Of a stretch of DNA of 64,000 nt, positions 28,336-40,600 are shown piece by piece. A program made the translations under genes and the position numbers. Positions within the stretch are counted from its first letter, which is position 1; every line of letters begins with the position of its first letter. The notes below the pieces were generated by a model. It saw only the letters and a list, made by a program, of their open reading frames with translations, searched no databases and was not told the origin of the DNA. The DNA comes from Mizuhopecten yessoensis (taxonomy: Eukaryota), in NCBI RefSeq assembly GCF_002113885.1, contig NW_018405752.1, forward strand, positions 7,288-71,287. The letters run 5' to 3'.

Positions 28336-29739
28336 GGTGGCTCCACACTTTCGCAATTAAGCAGCAATATTCGTTGAAACTTTCATATAATGATTATGCA
28401 ACTATGTAGAGTTGATTTTATGAAAATCTAAACATTCCGATAGTTTGGGGACTTTTTTGGAAAAATACCAAAAAATTGAATTTTCGTCAATTTTAATATT
28501 TTCCGTGTTTTTTTTGTGTGTGGCATTGCTCGGAACAATAACAACAATAATAAAATGAAGAGAAGCATTTCTAATTAACCCTACAAATATTTTATTTATC
28601 GCAAAATATGTAACACATGTTACACAGAGTGCTTTTTATTGAATTTGTACGGATAAAAGTGATTATCTACAAGCTAAAAGCAAACAGGACACAAAGATCT
28701 AAATATATAGAATGGGAAATTGAACAAAATATACATAATGGCTTTATAAATAATTTATTTTACATTTTACAATCACTTTGATCCGGGTGAGAGTTATCTT
28801 CCTTGAAAAAAATCGGAACTTTTTGCAGAGAGATGACATTAACTATCAATTTATTGTTCTTTAATGGAACCAAATTACCGTCAGTCATGTACACTTTGGA
28901 CATCATTCCACAGTCCGCTAACTCACGGTATATTTATTATTACATAACAGGTACATATGTGACCAGAGGCTATCGCATGGTATGCCGTTCTCACGTGCAC
29001 TCACACATGCATTTCATAGGTATCTTGATATTTTACAAAACATTATTTTCACAGAGTAAGTAGACTTCATTTGTAAACACGATTTAATCGACAAGGCGAA
29101 ACTCCTTCAACAGCGAAAATCGTAACGACCTCGAGCTTATGAACTCGTGTAAGCACGTGATATGCACATGTGAGGTTAGTACGTCCGCATTCCATGTGTT
29201 ACCTATATAACCTTCTTGAGGTCGTCTGGTCTCATGTCACTGTCTTCCCGTGAGTCTGTTTATGTCTATGAATTGGAAAGTTTTATTCCTGAAGTACGTG
29301 TGATTATACATTTCGGGTGTTGACATATCATCGGCACGCACGTGCACTATTGTTTACCAGGGGCCTGTTCGTTTATGCGGAACAACCGGTTTGACCGTTT
29401 ATAAATGTAACAACTTCGGGTATAAATCCTTGTGGACCTGCAAATGTGTATGCAGGCCTTGCAAGGTTTTTTCAAGGCTCGCCTGAAAGCAGCATCAGAT
29501 TACTAGGTCCGACCTTATTTAATAAACGAACATCAGTGGTCCGATCGGTTTGACCGTTTAAACGAAATCGGCCCTGGTTTTACTATAATTTGCACTACGA
29601 TATCGAATGCCCGATACGCAATACGGAAATGACGATACGGTGTACATGCACTTTTCGACCAAGATAATTGAGTCCGAGCTTTACTTTTTCCGGAAGTACG
29701 TCACAAAAATGGACGCTGATGACGATGTGTGGAGCCACC
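28336..29739. mobile_element. TTAA-targeting non-autonomous DNA transposon (Kolobok-like)
   Basis: TTAA|GGTGGCTCCACAC ... GTGTGGAGCCACC|TTAA. An uninterrupted version of the host repeat is at ~31900-31980. Confidence 0.85.
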
Positions 29740-32700
29740 TTAATTCGCAATATCGAGATAACGTAACTCGTAATAACGAGATTAGAACTCGAAACACCAA
29801 AATAATGATACTCGTGAAAAAAGACATGGAGTCCCTCGCAAGAACAAGACAACTTAAATCGTAATAACGAGGTAAATTGTCTGGTTATAACGATATATTT
29901 TTATTTTTGTATGTTACTACAACCGGCTATCGTATATTTCATATTTCATGGTCACCGTGTCATTATTTAAGATTTATGCAGCTTTGTTTATGTCTAAGAT
30001 TTCGTTTACTGTGTCATTATTTCTAGGATTTCGTTTACTGTGTCATCGGTCTAAGATTTAGGTCAATACGTCATTGTTTAAAGCACAATGATTTGGATGT
30101 CAATTGAACACTTTATACAGACATACCTGAAGTGAAAGAGGATAAACACCTTTTACATAAAAGAAAAATAGGGATTAATGTTTTACAGTACATTACCTTC
30201 AAACTGTAAAACGGGTTCAAATAGGATTATTTTCAAATCAGTCGATACCACACTTAAAACAAGAACAAGTCTTATCAAAAAGACTTTTCCTATTTCGTAT
30301 GCAACTCTGTTTGAATTTTTGAGGATAAATAACTGCTATATAATATGATTCTATTTTTACAAAATGTATTCATTTGTAAAACAATCGAATGTTTCGAAAT
30401 GTTTAGAGATATCAGTATTGACCATTTAAGTTTTGCTTTCTGTAGCTTTCACCATTGGTGAACTAAAGATAGTTATGGCTAATCGCTAATCGAAATCCCG
30501 CACAAACTCATAGCAAAAAATCTAAGTAACGTATTTCAACACTATGTAAATGTAAAACCGTGCGTAGAGTGATTTATCTTAATAGATAAACATTGTTATA
30601 AATTGGCTTTGCATGCATTTAACGTGTGATATAGAAAGTACCATTGATTATGTTTAAAGCATGTCAAGTTTATTTATGGCAACATTCGTGTAATACCAAG
30701 TGACACTTTATATTTAGTTCATGATCAGTTTACCAAGCTTTCTGTTTTGTTAGAAATCTCAAATTTCAGTACAGCGTATTCTTAAAAACGTTAAGAACTC
30801 TTGGTTCATAAGAATAAAAAATAAATCGGCGAAAAAGTTGCAGAAATGCCACGGTCGTAATGTCAAAATTCTGTCGAAGTTCTTCCACAAAAATCTACAA
30901 AATTGTTGTTAACGAACAAAAGGTATGTGGACAATATCATCCTCGAAGTCCTTTTTTTTTTGCTGTCAATCAATCTCAATAGAATAATTATCTGCTTTTG
31001 TAAGCTTTCGTCAGAGGAGATCGAAATCTCAAAGCAGAGATAAAATTATTCAAAAATTGTAGACAAATACGAAACCCGGTGTATTGTTTCTACTATATGA
31101 CAAGTCAAAACGAATCTCACTTTACCTTTATTACAGTGAATGACTAGAGCACGATTATATTAGTATCGTGAGTAACTATCGTGAATGGTATTGATGTTTC
31201 ATCGTATAAGGCGTACTAGGATGTTTTAATTTCCTAGTGTATAGAATACCGAGTAATTCTTGCCGGAGTATTATGCACTCCAATTAAAGCTGATTTAGTT
31301 AATTCGTCTTTTTAATTCTGTTCAGTCAATTGAATATTATTGTGAAAGACTTGTGTCATATTCAACGATAAACTTCGTTCATGATAGGCATTTAACATAT
31401 TTAATAAGACATTTTATGTCGATACAAGCAATCATAAAACTTGTAGTGATGCAAAACTTGTTTCCTTATGCAAATGTAGAAAGGTGTCAGAGATGTCCCT
31501 ATCAACGCATACATTGTCGTCCAAATGCATATACATATTAATTTAATTCCAGTTTTATCACATCAAGTAATTAGCTTACCAGGCACTAAAATAGATTGAT
31601 GCATGTATGTGTAAAGAGGAAGAGCGGGTCATTAGCTATATGTGATGTTTTTGATGTGAGGAAGTGACATGACTTGGATTTGACATAGATTCACATGTTT
31701 GGTGTTGTCAATAAAGCAGAAGATGCCTACCCATTAAATATAGCGAGCACACTATTATTATTGACTAATAACAGAAAAGCTGCAGAACGAACTTGGTTTT
31801 AGCGAACGTTTTACTGATTAACAATATCAAATGAAAAACAGATGTAAAAATATAAAATAATGATTGCTATCTGTCAACATAAGTCGTAATACTACGATAA
31901 CTTAGTCGTAATAACGAGAGCGCTTAATTTGCAATATCGAGATAACGTAACTCGTAATAACGATATCAGAACTCGAAATACTCGTGGCAAAAGACATGAA
32001 CAGAACATTCAAAAGGTTTCCGTGAAAAGCATTCCTTTGTTCATATTGTGCAATAGTTATATCGATTTTGAGTTAGGATTATGGTTTTATTGACACTTCG
32101 GTATTCTTTTGTTGTTTTCTTGCCTACGTATCCTGATCTATATATAGATAAGGGGGATAGGGGGAGTGTCATAAAGGAATACTATCCTATGGCAGATATT
32201 AAATTTGATATACCTTTGTCGATAGCAAAATAAGCACGTTCAGCTATGTCAACTTACCAGAGTTGACCAATCGATATAAACAATTGAGTAAAGGGAAGTT
32301 CAGGTATAGCATTGAGTGTGAGTTATTGATGAGCTGGACAGCTACCGGGTATGAGACCCCAAACGTAGTTTCGCACTGGGAGCTAGATAGTAGATAAACT
32401 AAACTCAGGTCTTCACAGGGATATTACGGTATTTCTAAAAAAAAACTGCAGCGACACTAATTTACACAATGCAAAACATTATTCAAGATTGAAGTACTCC
32501 CATTTGCTCATTAAACGAAGGTTCGCGTAATTCTGTTGTAGACCTGATGGAAAAGATTAAAATGTATATTTGGGCATCTGAATTTGGAGTGTTCTTTGTC
32601 GATATTCTTATTTAGTCAAGTTATAAAATATATATAAAGTTTCATCCTCATGACGTGTTTAAATATGGAATTTCGATATATTTTTACGCAGTTCTAAATG

Positions 32701-33239
32701 ATGAGAAACACGACTACATTCGTATTGGTGGAAGTATTTCTTTGGGATGTATCACTGCATCAGTATGTTTTATACATTTTATTGAATCAAATGAGGATTG
32801 ACTAGGGTAGAAATACTGAGATTCTCCCACGAGATTCGCCTCCAAGATCATCCGGCGCCATATAAACAGAAAATCAGTATATTTACACTTTCTGATAGAC
32901 TTTTGACTCTCTCCACCAAACCTTTAAAAAAACAAATAAAATTGATTCTTAGAACAAACTTGATATTTTAGCTCGTTCTGTCCTACGCCATTTGAAGTTA
33001 ACTCAAAGTACAAACTTTTACTGGCTCTGACCAGCGATGAAAGGTATTGTCCCTGTAACAACAGTGAAGGTTTAAATACAAGTAGAGAGCAGTGATGATG
33101 AACATAAACAAAGAGGGTATGTATCGGTTACAAAAAAGACATCTTACTTTAACTAGGCAAAAGGAAAAGAAACGTTGATTTTTTTGTTCGTTTGAAAATA
33201 ATACGTTTTTAAATTTAGACTCAATAGAGGGAATGATGT

Positions 33240-33660
33240 CCCTCACCACCACCACCGAATTCAGTATATGTCCCTGTTATTATGTGTGTGTTTTTTTAAC
33301 TCTAAAATGATCATATCAAAAAAAGCAATGTAGAGCGCCTTAAATAAAGAGAGCACCACCACCACCAAATTCAGTATATGTCCCTACTATTATGTGTATT
33401 TGTTATTCTATAACAATCATGTTATATAAGTATTGTAGAGCACCATGAAAAAGAGAGCACCGAACTAAATGTATCTATTATTATGGGGGGGCGGGGGTTG
33501 TTGTTACTCTTAAACGACCATATTTAAATTAAAGCTTTTTAACTATATGGAGCATCACCATCGCCATCACCGAACTCAGTATGTGTCACTGTTTTGACAT
33601 GTTTTGTAACTCTAAAGCGATTATATTATATAAGCAATTGAAAGCGCCTGAATTACAGAG
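33240..33660. repeat. Degenerate ~105-115-bp tandem repeat upstream of Rho gene A
   Basis: About 4 units of CACCGAATTCAGTATATGTCCC...AGAGCACC; about 2 units in arm B (~51170-51375). Confidence 0.65.
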
Positions 33661-33898
33661 AACACAAAACTGACGTTGTATATTACGATAGTAATACGTA
33701 TGTTATATGATATTCTTAGACATATCCAGGCTCAAATCAACATAAATGAAGCTGGATTAAATTGATATGACGCGTCTACGTAGTGAGTGCAAACATATAC
33801 CTGGATAAACGTTGATTTAACATACATTACCTGTATTTTCTTATCAAACTGTAACGATATATGAACACATCTGTTTGCCGCAACTAAATAGCTAGTTT

Positions 33899-33945
33899 CT
33901 GATTGGCTGTCTGTGGTCCAGAAATAGATAAGGTACATATAATGC
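33899..33945 (+). promoter_or_regulatory. Putative CCAAT box (reverse) and TATA-like element of Rho gene A
   Basis: CTGATTGGCT at ~33899 and TATAAT at 33938-33943, about 80 nt upstream of the ATG. Position conserved in copy B, where it reads TATAAAA. Confidence 0.5.
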
Positions 33946-34020
33946 GATAATCTCATTCCTCACTTTCATTTTAATACAACACTCTGTAGTGGAAGTACTA
34001 TACTAAATTTAATACTCACT

Positions 34021-35896
34021 ATGGTTAATGCAAGTAAACCTGTTAGTTGTACTCTCGTTGGCGATGGAATGGTTGGGAAGACATCTATCGCTCTCAGTTT
34101 TATCGGAAAACAGGCGGAAGAAAATTATGTGGCTACAGTATTCGAAAACTATGCAGGTAATAATCGTGACACTAATATAAAAGTTAAGGGTTTGCGTGGT
34201 GTCCAGGCGGGGTTTCAATATGTATCGATGAGTTTAAATTCTTTAAATGTATAATTCTTTAATATGCATGTGAATTAGATATGTTCAATTGTCGAAATGT
34301 TAATGTATATTTGTGTTAATCAAACTATGATATTTTCTTGTTTTGAAAATCTCTATAATATATAATATCAGAACTTCTCTGTAATAGAACATGACTTGTA
34401 TAACAGTTTAGTGTATAACTGATATCGAATTAAGTGGCAAAGGTAATAAATGTTTATTAGGACACTAGCTATGTTTCCTGTGGTAACTGACACCCGGGAC
34501 TTTTTTTTCTTCTATAATCAATGTTGAAACAAGTGTTTGAATTGTGATACTAGTAAAATAAAATAATTAATATTAAAATAATATAAGTCCTTTGTTATAT
34601 AAATAAGCTATTACAGCCATTAGTTGTGTTTTATATAAATTATGGAATGATATATTATATACGTTAACATTACGCTTGCTTTGTTTTTTCAGGAGGCACC
34701 TCAGTTGCCGGCGAGCAATATACTGTCAGCATCTATGATCCTGCAGGCAAGGTAAGCATCTTCACACATAACTGATCAACATCAATATATGTATCTTTAT
34801 ATAATGAATATAAAAAAAAACTAATCTTGTTAATCACAGGTATAGAATTCGTAATTTCTCTTCTTTATTCCTTAAGTATGAAAACAAAATAGATACGAAA
34901 GTGTAAAATGTATTTCAAAGCAAAACAGGTTTTAAAAGAAATTTATAAGGGGAAAACTTATTTTCGTCAAAGTTGGCCTAAAAACACAATTTTATTAAAA
35001 CTTTTATAAAGATAAATCAAAGAATTTGTAATAGAAAATTGGTAACATTATTAATAAACATATATTATCAGTGTCACTTATTTACGCTGGTTATATGATC
35101 ATACATAGCACGTGGTCATCTTAAGTTTAGATTTTATTATCATAAATATGGTGATAATAGTATCAGTTCGGCCTTGTTAACCGCTCAAACACTGAACGTT
35201 AAATTCATTACATTTTTATAATCACTTCAAAATATGTATTCCATAAGTAATAACGACAGTATGGTCCAATAAAGGAACTAGACTAGATCCAAAAAAAATT
35301 GTTGAATGCGTATTAGTTTATGTAACTAAATTACTAATTTGAAAAGTTGCTCTCTTATCAAATCATTGAACCTATCGTGAAAGAGGACTTTAATGTTGTA
35401 TATACATATATTTATTCATATAACATATCTCTATTTCAAACTTAACAAATATGACTAATACAAATCACATTACCTTTTCTAAAGCACTTGAAACTAATTA
35501 TAAAACTTTTGTTTTTTCCAGCATGACTATGCCAGTATGAGAGTCTGCACTTACACAGACTGCGAGGTGATTCTCATGTGCTACAACGTAAGCGATCGAG
35601 ACTCATTTGACAGCATCGCCTCATTTTGGCTACCGGAAGTAAGGAAATTTAGGGGCACCAAATCTACAGTCATTCTCGTAGCCACACAGACGGATACCCG
35701 GAATCCGGATTCCGACTCGTCAGTTAGTACAGAAGAAGGAGAGAAGTTGGCAAGGGAAATAAACGCTGGGGGATATATGGAAACCACTACCCAAAATTAC
35801 GATAGTGTTAAAACTGTTTTCGAAAAGGTAGTCACGTGTGCTTTAAAATGCAGGAAGAAAAAAAAAACACTCTTCAAAAAGATCTCTCGTCGTTAA
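34021..35896 (+). CDS. Atypical Rho-family (Cdc42/Rac-like) small GTPase, copy A, 189 aa
   Basis: Exons 34021-34156, 34693-34751, 35522-35896 (GT-AG, in frame). G1 GDGMVGKT, switch I YVATVFENY, G3 DPAGK, G4 TQTD. Polybasic tail, no CAAX. PolyA signal AATAAA at 36478-36483. Confidence 0.93.
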
Positions 35897-37429
35897 ACTA
35901 TCGGATATGAGGATATGAAGAACATTAAAACAATAGCAGCTATCCAGATGATTGGGAAAAGACAGAAGAAAAAATGAACAAAAATGTCTTTCAAAGACCT
36001 GTAGGACTTTCTTCATGTTTTGATGAATAGTTCGTCAAATGGACTTAACGAGAACGATACATGGGTGTTTTGAATTTTTGAAATAAAAGTCCCAGACTTT
36101 TTCAGATGGCAACGAAATAACACTGTGATGATCATTTGTAATAATAAGTACGATTCATGTCAGTGCATATAGTTTCAATAACTATAAAAACCCATTTGCG
36201 AATCGGAATATGTGATAATAATTTTGTATTTTCTTATCTCTATTTATTAATGACGATGTCGAATTTGAAATCATATTGATGACATATTCCGACCAAATGA
36301 ACTTCTGTATTTTACGTGAGACAGTGCTGACAATCCAGTATTTTTTTTATATACGTTTACATTATTGACAATGATGATATTCATCTGATTGATTTTGTTA
36401 CAAAGAGTATGTGCAATATTTGTTAAAAGTTTATTTTTACATGAACATAGCTGCTGGCCAGCACAACGAGTAAAGTCAATAAAACATTGAATTTGGATTT
36501 CTTTGTTTTGTGTTTTCCTTCCGAAATGTACCCAACAAGATCACACCAATGAATTGAGACTGTATGTAAATAAATTATAAATGTTTTTGTTAGATGAAAC
36601 TATGTTATATTTTCTAATTTATAGAGTAAACACCAATTACTATATTAACATTAATGCTTCTTCCTCTACGTGATTTATGAAATGGTCATGATAACACGTC
36701 ACCAATGAGAGGTAAAGGTAGAAACGATACATAGTATTCACTCCACGCATATATACAATTCTTCTGTAGCCTCGTTATGGATGGTCATATTTTGTCAACA
36801 GATACTTTGACGTTATGAAGAGCTTTTGGCAATACATTGACGGAGATGTTGTGAATTGTTCAGAAAAAGTAAGATGGGATGATACTGAAATATGTTGGCG
36901 GTAAGCGAGTGGGCAAATGAAACGAGGGTAAATCAAATGTATAACGAAGATATTATAGAAAAAATTAATATCTAACGACCGACTAAAAAACTAGCTACTT
37001 TCACCCTTCACATAGCTTTTCATGTTTATTTCAAAAGAAGAACAACTTCGTAACGTCACAATAACATGTCATCACACTACAATAGTAACGTGACATGACG
37101 AAGTACACAAGATTGGTGGACATACTAGCGGCAGACTTTTACTGTGGCCTGTTGAGAATTGGTTTTAATATTTTGATTAATTGGTCTTCTTTCTTTTCTC
37201 TTATAATAGTGTGTGATGAAAATAACGTATACAAAGGTAATAAATAGAGGATATTAAATGGTGTCTTCAGTAAAAACAAATATATTCCACGAATGTGGCT
37301 AATATTTTGATATTAAAAAATATAAAAATATTAGCCACACAAACGATGTCTTTGCGTTGTTATGTTTGGTAGGATATATCATTAAATATGTGCATTATGG
37401 TTTTGTTTGTTGTCACTACCCGGGTTCTC

Positions 37430-37650
37430 GATGTAAGGACGTGATATTACTTGGATTTGACCTTGATTTACGTGGCGGGTGTCGTTGTTGAAGCAGAAGA
37501 CGCTCACCCTCTAGGAACACCTGGTCTTATTCTCCCTGCTTTCTTTTTACAAGCGACTCCATGTTAATATTATTTTTGTTTATCCAAGTTTTATCGATTT
37601 TGGGTTCGAATAATTGTGTTGTTGACACTTTGGCTTTTTCCTGTTGTTTT
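37430..37650 (+). repeat. Dispersed short repeat, probably a Penelope-associated terminal repeat
   Basis: CTTGGATTTGACC...GAAGCAGAAGACGCTCACCCTCTAGGAACACCTGGTC; related copies at ~16330-16500, ~31670-31735, ~46130-46340, ~47130-47340 and ~52380-52580. Confidence 0.55.
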
Positions 37651-38039
37651 TACAAACATGATTTATGACACAACATATCATAAGTATAAGCTATTAAATG
37701 ATAAACGTTTGACAAACACATGTGATTATACCTATACAATTTGGTAATTTATACAGAACGCCATAAGGGATATACACTGTACCATACATTATTTTTTTGT
37801 TTTTCTATGACTCATTTGGTGATGCCAGGAACTAAATGGATGGAAATCAAAATTGGTATAAACTAACAGATTACATGTATACAGTTATGTTGTACATGAT
37901 TGACATTGTTCCTGGAATTTATTTTTTTATTTTCATAAGAATTCCTTCAATTATCGCATACTCAATGAGTCTCCATGGGAGATAAAACAAATGCCAGCAG
38001 CAGGTGTTGACAAAGGCAGCGAAGGAACAAGCTTGTGGT

Positions 38040-38525
38040 GATAATAACACGAGACAATAACACGAAAATAATAGCACAAGACAATAACACGAAAACAATA
38101 ACTAAAGACCCTGCTATCAAAACAATATCGCTAGATCATCTGATCAAAACATTGACACTTAAATTTGAGAAAAAAAAACAATAAACTTAATCAAAATACC
38201 AAAACAATTACAATATACCATAATACCAAAACAATGATACCAGACCAGGATACCAAAACGATAACACTTTACTCTGAGCCAAAACAATATACTAGCCCAA
38301 AATCCTAAAATAATTTAAGTCAAAACCAGAGCAATAGCACTAGATTCTAAGACCAAACGATATACCAACTCAATTACACTATACTATTAGACCAAAACCA
38401 TAACACCTTTTTTTTAATCTCTGATACCAAAACAATATACTAGGCGAACATAACAAAACAATTACAATATATCATGAAACAAAATCAATAACACTAAATA
38501 CTGAGGCCAAACATATAACACAAAA
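38040..38525. repeat. A/C-rich degenerate short-period tandem repeat
   Basis: Repeated (ACC)AAAACAATAACAC-like units; only the first ~90 bp are retained in arm B (46625-46715). Confidence 0.7.
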
Positions 38526-38744
38526 CTGTGCTTATAAGATAATGATTCTACATCAAGAAGTTTTCAATTATCTTGTTTAATTGGAATTCAGTACTTCAAG
38601 TGATTATTTTAAAATCATATTTCTATGGTTTTCATAAGTAATATGAGATTTCAAGTATTTTCCTGATTTTCGATAGACGAAAACCAACAAACAAATAAGC
38701 TTCTGCATTGCAATATTTCCGAATACCAACTAATGATAAGGATA

Positions 38745-39540
38745 CGGACCTGCCTCGTTTGTATTGGATTCCAAGATTTCGTAAGAATCTTTTATAAACA
38801 ACGTTTTATCGCTGTCTCTTCCAGTTACTCAACCAAGCCATTAACTAAACGTCCCACTACTATTTCCAGAACCACCAAATCAGGGTTACAGTCGTATTGG
38901 GATACTGTAAACTCAGGACGTGGAATAAACTACATGTGGATTTTCGTAAAAAAAAATCTTCTATCGAAACATTTGACCTTTCAACTCTTTACGCAACCAT
39001 ACATCATACCAGACTTGAGGAATGCATTCGTTCTCTTTTTATGAGAGCTTTCTTTTCATAGAAGGCCGAACGGCGATATAAATATATGGTTGTAAATTAG
39101 TTTGGAGCACATTTTGGGAATAGCACAACAAATACAAAATAAAATACAGGGAAGACGATATTGTGAGAATGAGTTTATGGTGTACAATTTCTAAGTTTAG
39201 TTCGGTTTCAAGATTCTCCAGCAGACTGTAGGCGTTCCTATGGGAACATACTGTATCCCTCCTCTGGACGAAGGTTTTTTCATATGAATCTGAATTTCAA
39301 ATAAGCTTATCAGGACTGGTAACAAAACCCTAGGCAAGTACATCAATTTCACATTCTGTTTTATCGACGATGAAAAACAAGAAATCCATTGACCACATCG
39401 ATCGTATATACCCTCCAGAGCTTGAAATCAGAGACACATCACAGACTCTTCTACTTCAGCCGCCTTCCTCGATCTTTACTTACAACATGACAAACAGGGA
39501 CGGCTTACTACTAAGCTATACGATAAGTAGGACGACTTAT
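38745..39540 (+). pseudogene. Penelope-like retroelement reverse transcriptase remnant
   Basis: Frameshifted motifs LPRLYWIP...YKQRFIA...STKPL, TFDLSTLYATI, QQTVGVPMGT, INFTFCFIDD, IYPPELEIRDT. A downstream part (FDFPIVNFPFL) survives in arm B at ~46400-46620 minus. Confidence 0.8.
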
Positions 39541-40389
39541 AATGGTCTCCATTTAAATCTTTATGTCTTAATATTTTGTAATAGTTTTATCGATTTTGGG
39601 TTTGAATTTTGGTTTTGTTAACACTTCGGTATTGTTTTTATTGTAGGGGAGGTCGGCCGGGGGAAAAGGCAGCGCTCGTTTTGTTGTTGTCCTGCATCTA
39701 ATGAATATGTTAATATTTTTCATTATTCATGTTTGATGTTTGATTGAACATAACATCAAAGTCAGTATTGCCTACGTGTTGGACAATGCATAAAGTATCG
39801 TGACAAGAAAGACAACTCGAGCTTTATTTCATATGTCTATTTCTAACGAATCATAAAGCACGAGTTTATTGCGCGGACGAATATATTCACGAGTTCGCGG
39901 AGCGCAACGAGTGAATAAATACGTCCGCGCAATAAATGATCGTGTGTGTGGTCTTGCTTTTATCACATACCTTCAGTATTTGGTAGAGATCGATGGCTTT
40001 TCTGCATTATCATTTGAAGCTGTCAGTATGTTACACGTTTGACTGTAAAAAAAGTAGCAATTCCGTTTCAAAAAGTTCGCATAACTAGAAGCGTGATCAT
40101 GATTTTCTTTCTACCCTCTCAAAAGTAATTTTACATTAGAGTTTTCCACGACATTTTTTCGTTCAATGCCCAGCCAACTAAACTGCTAAGATCCTTAAAG
40201 ATGTAAATATTAGCTCAAAAACAAAAATATCAGGGGTGGCCGAACTTGCCCCGGTTTACCGTATATAGATTTTTGTATCATTGATGATCGGTAAAAATGT
40301 ATTCACAATATATTTTTAACATCAATGACGCCATTTTCTTCCAGTTAAAGCTAAAGTAGACATTTGTTCTTGTGCGTAACGTATATGAT

Positions 40390-40600
40390 GGGTCGGGTAG
40401 CGCAGTGGATAGCGCGCTCGTCTTCACCAAGATGGCCGGATTCAATCCCGGTCACCTTCCCGACCACGCGGGTTTTCTCCGGATACTCCAGCTACCTCCC
40501 ACATTAAGAATTAAATCCTCTGCGTGCTTCCGTAAGGGCACAAAAAGAATGATTGAGATAAATTTGGGAAAAAACTGTTTGGTAATTACTATAGAAAAAG
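40390..40600 (+). mobile_element. tRNA-derived SINE with V-domain-like core
   Basis: A-box TAGCGCAGTGG, B-box GGATTCAATCC, core GGGTTTTCTCCGGATACTCCAGCTACCTCCCACA. Confidence 0.7.

Larger units (their letters stand above)
27902..39840 (+). repeat. Left arm (A) of large inverted segmental duplication
   Basis: Collinear reverse-complement similarity to 45931-60156, from ATTTGTATCGACCTTTT (27902) to CTTTATTTCATATGTCTAT (39840). Confidence 0.95.

Noticed and set aside
28803-29864. ORFs apparently conserved between arms (28803-29063 vs 58917-59171; 29595-29852 vs 58149-58418)
   Set aside because: Similarity reflects the recent DNA duplication of a non-coding transposon; starts and frames differ and no domain is recognisable.
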